Shown here one piece after another: positions 59,801 through 64,000 of a stretch of 64,000 bases of DNA. This DNA comes from Gammaproteobacteria bacterium (GTDB lineage: Bacteria; Pseudomonadota; Gammaproteobacteria; Pseudomonadales; Azotimanducaceae). A program made the position numbers and the translations under genes. The stretch spans positions 1,278 through 65,277 of the forward strand of contig VXSY01000297.1 of NCBI GenBank assembly GCA_009837725.1, given 5' to 3'. A model generated the notes under the pieces. That model was not told the origin of the DNA. It did not search any database and worked only from the letters and a program-made list of their open reading frames with translations. How positions within the stretch are numbered: the first letter of the stretch is position 1; each line of letters opens with the position of its first letter.

Positions 59801-60113
59801 GCACAGCCACGCTCACCGGATCGATTCCGACATTGATGCGGATTGCGACCGCGCCAGTTCTGGCGCGGATTACATCCAGCGTATCCGCCGGCGTGTTGAC
59901 CACATAGACATAGCCACGGCTGTAGGCGATGGGGTTCGCGTGCGGGCTGGCGAAGGTGGGGTGCCCCACATTGTCGCTGATGGCGAGCTGCACGCCGGCA
60001 TTGGCGTACGCGGGGCCAGCCCAGACGAGCGCAGCAACGAACCAAAGCAGACCACGACGGAGGGTTGTGAGGAACTCTCCGTCGATGGACTCGTCACTGG
60101 CGATCCGCAACAC
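56829..60113 (-). CDS. Secreted multidomain protein: YVTN-type beta-propeller, di-haem cytochrome c peroxidase-like domain and C-terminal CBM4_9-like module
   Basis: YVYVVNTPADTLDVI...VWVVNHVSDSVSVIDA (YVTN repeats). Two CxxCH haem sites (FSCESCHPD, QTCGACHRMPF), with YQWDGI between them as in CCP/MauG. The C-terminus has WHAQISH...EYTLCYRAKA...VAFDF...VDIDDVGVYE. The GTG start at 60111-60113 gives the signal peptide LRRGLLWFVAALVWAGPAYA. Confidence 0.75.
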   Translation of the reverse strand: MLRIASDESIDGEFLTTLRRGLLWFVAALVWAGPAYANAGVQLAISDNVGHPTFASPHANPIAYSRGYVYVVNTPADTLDVIRARTGAVAIRINVGIDPVSVAVRPDRREVWVVNHVSDSVSVIDARPASATFHQVVHTVQDLDADTYATNFDEPVGIAFASNSSKAYVALSPANRVAIIDVATRSVTGHLPIRAQEPRALAVHDDRLFVLPFESNNQSQLSGCLEDDIDGDTCTFDAVEHVFTNNNVLSTHYDADIVKNPELPDRDMFVFNTRTDRPQQIVESLGTLLYGLAIDSQGRVFIAQADARNVENGRAGTEGHGLAEMENRAFLNQITRVDCSVRCGEPVFYDLEPLPPTHPETGQALATPFGIQISADDSTLVVTAAGSDKLFTMDADTGDVLGRISVESTPRGVALVSDRTGALRHAWVLNAVANTVSQVNLADTANPALLRTVTLADPTPEIVKQGRMAFNDADASSTGTFSCESCHPDNHTDQLIWVLETPVCDVDGCTQIPPRLTMPAKGLRDTQPYQWDGIPGDPYGGNNTQSINAPVEPNCSIEDPASCTRVLVDGSMATTMCEVGNCPTNDEGKLGLLDAADRDALAEYLLSVPFAPAPSRAYHNVLSQSAQDGFFEFNFINDTSEPNTGTQTCGACHRMPFLVSTNTPGTGMEAPTWRGAYERWMITPQARLNIIDLLQLVNMDTSFPERDMWILAGASDEIWDMVLEGRTGFSGSFARQVTLNEDTAELAQTAHMLGALERSANQGAVMLQAEGLRFDEDGVATPVALDYRKSRYRNRPGDPRLALTRASIVSDAAAGDLLLTITARAGTNATSDHAQPALWPIGEIEAQTRDVDIPFLTGELTLRFNARHIESGATVFVDGRKASATLACESGDLPACDDEVFLVTLARAPRHGGLHFLQLQNPQGLFSNDMLFFSEQTVLRPRRGNLITSGGTFNNQGQFRDNWNTVEIATDSIEVRNGAVRVNLRESSEQPWHAQISHSVMVIGGQEYTLCYRAKATSSRHITAYMDTNLDNWSNISGGQFRAELTTSYARFRHTFTVEETDLTGRVAFDFAQSSADVDIDDVGVYEGASCGTP

Positions 60114-60300
60114 GAAGCCAGGGCCTTTGCCGAAGACGACCCCGGAACGTAGCACAAGTGGTTTGAAGCCGGCAAACGCGCCTTGCTGCCCGCGCTTGCT
60201 GGAGGGCGGGACACCCTCCATCCAGAGGTCCCGGTAGGCGCTGTGCAAGGCAGAATGAGACACCACCGCGGCAGTCTCACTTGACTTTGCGCACTCGGCT

Positions 60301-60567
60301 GCCGGTAGGTTGCCACCCCGTGGGGGATACCGGGCCGCGGCCGGAAGAGAACACGGCCGCTTCCACGCCACCAACAGGCCCGTCTCGCGGGGTGAGGGCC
60401 GGTTGCAGCTTCGGACCCCTTGGTCGCTTCGCCTTCGGCGGGAGGAGCGTGACGGAGCCTCGCTCCGAAAGGCGGGTGGGACCGCGCCGTCCGGCCCACG
60501 CGTTGCTGTTGGCTCGGCTTCGAGCCATGTTCTTGGTTTTCCAACGTGTTGCGCGTTTTGTTCCATG
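60301..60567 (-). repeat. Copy B of the ~270-bp dispersed repeat, inverted relative to copy A, within the 5' leader of the 1094-aa gene
   Basis: See copy A. The reverse complement begins CATGGAACAAAACGCGCAACACGTTGG and contains CACGCTCCTCCCGCCGAAGGCGAAG and CCCCGCGAGACGGGCCTGTTGGTGGCG. Confidence 0.8.
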
Positions 60568-60695
60568 GAGGCGGGAAGTGCAGTAGCAAAGCCAGCGCCG
60601 TGAGGCGGCGTTTCCGTGGTCACCGCACAGCCCGTGCGCGTCTTCGGCGTAGACGCAAGGTATAGTCTGGCCAGGCTCCTGGACTAGGTACGGCG

Positions 60696-61724
60696 TTGCG
60701 AATCGGCTTGATGGGGCTTGGGCATGTGGGGCGCCAGATCTACGGCTTGGCCCTGGCCCAGCCCGATTGCGAGGTGGTGGCGGTTTCGGACATCGGCCAG
60801 CCGGGAATCCTCCACCACCTGCTGGCGAAGACGCTGCCGAAGGGCACGTCGGTACGTCTTGCCGGGAACTACCTCCAAGGCAAGGTCGATGGCAAGGCGG
60901 ACCGGGTTGCCAGGACACGCCTGATGGCGGCGGAACGGCCGGAGGAGATTCCCTGGGACCTGCTTGGCGTCGACCTCGTGATCGACGCCACCGGCCGCTT
61001 CCGCTCCGCTGAGGAACTCGCGCCCCACCTCGACAACGGCGCTCGCCGGGTGTTGGTCTCCAGCCTCCCGGAGGGTGACGTGGATCGGGTCGTGCTGAGT
61101 GGCGTGAACGACGGCGAAGCGCAGAGCGAGGATCGCATCGTCTCTGCCGGCTCCGCGTCCACCACCGCTCTCGCGTTGGCTCTCAAGGTGCTGGTAGACG
61201 AGCGCCCCATCGTCCATGCCACGATGACATCGGTGCATGCCTACACCGGCGACATGAGCCTGCAGGACCATGCGGCGAGCGACTACCGCCGCAGTCGTTC
61301 CGGAGCGCGCAACATCATCCCCAACGACACGCTTGCGCCGGCTTGGGTGGAGCGTGCCCTACCGGCCGTGCGCGGCAGGCTAAGCGGGTTTGCGCTGAAC
61401 GTGCCGGTGGGCGAGGGCTCCCTGATGGATCTCACGGTGGCCTATCGGGAGACCGCGCCCGAGCGGGATGTCGTCAACGGTCTCTTCGCCGCCGCCGCCC
61501 GGAGAGACCCGCGCCGCATCGCCGTCACGGACGATCCCGTCGTTTCGTCGGATGTTCTCGGCAGCACCGAGTCGATTCTGGTGGACATGCAAGGCACGCT
61601 CCGTTCGGGCGGACGGCTGGTGAAGGTGCTCGGCTGGCACGAGAGTCTGGGCCATGCCCGTAGCATCCTGGACCTCGCGAGTCTCTACGCCCGGCTCGAC
61701 TCGGCTGCGGCGGCTTCGGGGTAG
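60696..61724 (+). CDS. GAPDH-family paralogue lacking the catalytic cysteine
   Basis: N-terminal Rossmann motif MRIGLMGLGHVGRQ, and SVHAYTGD is conserved. The active-site stretch reads IVSAGSASTTALALAL where GAPDH has SNASCTTNCLAP. TTG start. Confidence 0.75.
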   Translation: MRIGLMGLGHVGRQIYGLALAQPDCEVVAVSDIGQPGILHHLLAKTLPKGTSVRLAGNYLQGKVDGKADRVARTRLMAAERPEEIPWDLLGVDLVIDATGRFRSAEELAPHLDNGARRVLVSSLPEGDVDRVVLSGVNDGEAQSEDRIVSAGSASTTALALALKVLVDERPIVHATMTSVHAYTGDMSLQDHAASDYRRSRSGARNIIPNDTLAPAWVERALPAVRGRLSGFALNVPVGEGSLMDLTVAYRETAPERDVVNGLFAAAARRDPRRIAVTDDPVVSSDVLGSTESILVDMQGTLRSGGRLVKVLGWHESLGHARSILDLASLYARLDSAAAASG

Positions 61725-61734
61725 GGGGACAATC

Positions 61735-62736
61735 ATGCGAGTGGCCATCAACGGTTTTGGGCGCATAGGTCGGGCCGTGTTCCGCATCGCCGAGCAGCAA
61801 GGCGATGTCGAGGTGGTAGCGATCAACGATCTCTTCGACCACGACATGCTGGCTTACTTGCTGACCTACGACACCGTGATGGGGCGCTTCGACGGCGGCG
61901 TGGAAATCACAGACGGCGAGCTGCTGACGCCGCACGGCCGCGCCCGCATGGTTAGCGAAGCCGATCCGTCGCGGCTGCCTTGGGGTGAGTTGGAAGTGGA
62001 TGCGGTGGTGGAGTCCACCGGCGTCTTCCGCAAGCGCGAGCAGATCGCGAAACACCTCGACGCTGGGGCCAGGCGCGTGCTGCTGACCGTGCCGGCGGGC
62101 GACCCCATCGACTACACGGTGGTGCTTGGTGTCAACGACGACGGCTTGGTGCCCGAACATCGCCTCGTCTCCAACGCGAGCTGCACCACGAACTGTCTCG
62201 CGCCGGTGGCGCGGGTGCTCCACGACGCCTTCGGAATCCGCGAAGGCGTCATCAACACGGTGCACGCCTACACCAACGATCAGAGTCTCGCCGACGTGCC
62301 GCATTCGGACTGGCGACGCAGCCGAGCGGCGGCGGAGAACATCATCCCCACCTCCACGGGCGCGGCGCGTGCCGTGGGCGAGGTGTTGCCGGAACTCAAG
62401 GGCAAGCTCGATGGCATCGCCTCCCGCGTGCCGGTGCCGGACGGCTCGGTGGTGGACCTGTTCGCCGAACTAGAGTCGGAAACCAGCGTGGACGAGATTC
62501 ACGATGCCGTGCGCGCCGCAGCCGAATCACCCCGATTGCAGGGGGTGCTCTCCTTCACGGACGAACCCGTGGTGTCTTCGGATGTCATCGGCAATCCGCA
62601 CTCCTCCATCTACGATGCCTCCTTCACGCAGGTCAGCGAAGGCCGCTTCCTCAAGGCCCTCGCCTGGTACGACAACGAATGGGGCTACTCCAACCGCGTC
62701 TGCGACGTGCTGCGCCTGATGGCGGAATTCGACTGA
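61735..62736 (+). CDS. gap: Glyceraldehyde-3-phosphate dehydrogenase
   Basis: MRVAINGFGRIGR...VSNASCTTNCLAPVARV...TVHAYTNDQ...WYDNEWGYSNRV. Confidence 0.93.
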   Translation: MRVAINGFGRIGRAVFRIAEQQGDVEVVAINDLFDHDMLAYLLTYDTVMGRFDGGVEITDGELLTPHGRARMVSEADPSRLPWGELEVDAVVESTGVFRKREQIAKHLDAGARRVLLTVPAGDPIDYTVVLGVNDDGLVPEHRLVSNASCTTNCLAPVARVLHDAFGIREGVINTVHAYTNDQSLADVPHSDWRRSRAAAENIIPTSTGAARAVGEVLPELKGKLDGIASRVPVPDGSVVDLFAELESETSVDEIHDAVRAAAESPRLQGVLSFTDEPVVSSDVIGNPHSSIYDASFTQVSEGRFLKALAWYDNEWGYSNRVCDVLRLMAEFD

Positions 62737-62823
62737 AGACTGCCCTGCGCCGCGCGGGGAAGGCAAAATGCCGCCCGTCGAGGGCATTCGCAGGTCGATT
62801 GCGCACGTCGAAGGGGCCTCTTC

Positions 62824-63504
62824 TTGGGAGAGCATCTTGCGCTCGATGCGACCGGCGGTGCCGGCCGTGGGTTGGGTGTTAAGAGCAACGTAGCTGTGCC
62901 AGGAAACGTGATCGTGCTCGACGCGATGGGGGTGATGTATCGCGCCCGGGATGATGTGGCGGAGCTCCTCGCCCCGTTCGTGCAGCGGCATCGCCCGTCC
63001 ATTCCCGCCAGTGAAGTGACGGCGCGCTACACGGAGGCGAGCCTCGGCCGGATGGATGCAGACGCGTTCTGGAGGTCGCTCGGCTTGTCCCCTGGCGTCG
63101 AGGACGACTACCTGTCCGCCCACCGTCTCACCGACGGCGTGCTCGACTTCCTTGCGCTGGCACGAGACTCGGGAATCGACGTGTGGTGCCTGTCGAACGA
63201 CGTGTCGCGGTGGTCCATCAAGCTCCGCGAGCGCTTCGGACTCGACGGTCTCTTCTCGGGCTTTGTCATCAGCGGCGACATCGGCCACCGCAAGCCATCC
63301 CCGGCGGCATACCGGTGTCTCCTGGACCGCCTCGGTACGACACCGCAGCTATTCGTCGACGATCGGCCCCGCAACGTCGCCGCCGCCCGCAACTTGGGCA
63401 TTCCCTCGGTGTGCTTTGGCCCGGGCTGCGGCGAAACCGACTGCGTGGCAGACTTCGCGGAACTGGCACGGTCACGGAGGAGCATGTGGAGTCGTCGGGA
63501 TTGA
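62824..63504 (+). CDS. HAD-superfamily hydrolase (subfamily IA-like)
   Basis: VIVLDAMGVM (motif I variant), CLSND (II), HRKPSPAAY (III) and LFVDDRPRNV (IV). The start is uncertain and may lie downstream near 62878. Confidence 0.7.
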   Translation: MGEHLALDATGGAGRGLGVKSNVAVPGNVIVLDAMGVMYRARDDVAELLAPFVQRHRPSIPASEVTARYTEASLGRMDADAFWRSLGLSPGVEDDYLSAHRLTDGVLDFLALARDSGIDVWCLSNDVSRWSIKLRERFGLDGLFSGFVISGDIGHRKPSPAAYRCLLDRLGTTPQLFVDDRPRNVAAARNLGIPSVCFGPGCGETDCVADFAELARSRRSMWSRRD

Positions 63505-63642
63505 CCGGCATTCCGCAGTTGCCCGGCATTGGGCTGTGGCCCGCCTGCGGCGCATCCGCGCAGATGGGCGGCGGACGTTTCCTCAAGGCTCGCTTGGGAT
63601 GCATGTCAAGTCTCGGTTTGCAGCCTGCGGAGGCGTCAAGGC

Positions 63643-64000
63643 ATGGGTGAGTGGCTTGCGGGATTGAGCGCGTTGCAGCAGACGCTCCTGGGCGTTGCTG
63701 GCTTCTCGACGGGGGTCTATGCGATCCAGACCTTGCTGACGCTTACGGGCGTGCTTGGTGATGCCGATGGCGGCGATGCAGGAGCGGATGGTGACGGCAT
63801 CTCCTTCGGCGACCTGTTCACGGTTCGCAATGGCGTCTCCTTTCTCATGGGCTTCTCCTGGGGCGCGCTCATGGCCACCGGCTGGGGCGTTGCCAACGCG
63901 TTTCTGCTGGTGGTGGTGGGGCTGTTCGGCGGTTCGGCCTTCGTCGGGCTTAACCTCGGGTTGCTCGCATTGATGGCGATGCTTGAGAGTCGCGGCAATG
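63643..64000 (+). CDS. Membrane protein, partial (runs off the right edge); YqiJ/NfeD-like by composition only
   Basis: My own translation from ATG 63643, with GGAGG about 10 nt upstream: MGEWLAGLSALQQTLLGVAGFSTGVYAIQTLLTLTGVLGDADGGDAGADGDGISFGDLF...GFSWGALMATGWGVANAFLLVVVGLFGG. It is open to position 64000. Confidence 0.45.
   Translation, partial: MGEWLAGLSALQQTLLGVAGFSTGVYAIQTLLTLTGVLGDADGGDAGADGDGISFGDLFTVRNGVSFLMGFSWGALMATGWGVANAFLLVVVGLFGGSAFVGLNLGLLALMAMLESRGN

Noticed and set aside
1-64000. Visual scan for tRNA, rRNA, tmRNA and CRISPR arrays
   Set aside because: I noticed no T-arm/acceptor-like patterns (GGTTCGAATCC-type), rRNA-like stretches or spaced repeats. tRNAscan-SE, Infernal and a CRISPR finder would be decisive.

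Overview
This is a 64 kb high-GC chromosome segment, roughly two-thirds G+C by eye. No tRNA, rRNA or CRISPR array was seen. All homology calls come from motif recognition by eye; no searches were run.

Backbone: the gene order follows Pseudomonas-type gammaproteobacterial synteny. It runs ispB | rplU-rpmA-obg-proB | rpsT | murJ-ribF-lspA-fkpB | minor pilins pilE-like/pilV/pilW/pilX. It continues with hppD, lolCDE, a BCCT transporter, htpG, gpsA, prmB-aroC, typA, pepN and a MoxR-DUF58-DUF4381-BatA/B/C-BatD operon. The right end carries a cluster of oxidative enzymes, tandem GAPDH-type genes and a HAD hydrolase. ileS and ispH are absent from their expected slots.

Accessory or unusual content:
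1. Positions 1-8040 form a lower-GC defence-type island, all on the minus strand. It holds radC, a frameshifted type III mod, res, a PIN/VapC gene with no visible antitoxin, and a UvrD-like helicase cut by the window edge.
2. An insert of about 4.3 kb (16.5-20.8 kb) sits where ispH is expected. It carries a divergent gene pair that I consider the best candidate for an undescribed system. One gene is a YaaA/DUF328-like protein fused to a RelE/ParE-like toxin domain and interrupted at a G5 run. The other is a zinc-ribbon plus uracil-DNA-glycosylase-fold protein. A perfect 42-bp palindrome and about 1.6 kb without a credible ORF follow.
3. A family of REP-like hairpin repeats is present. It includes two inverted, diverged copies of about 270 bp (45.7 kb and 60.3-60.6 kb) and a 120-bp nested inverted repeat after pepN.
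4. An Rpn/YhgA-like nuclease gene, with 21-bp x4 tandem repeats upstream, is inserted inside the MoxR/Bat operon.
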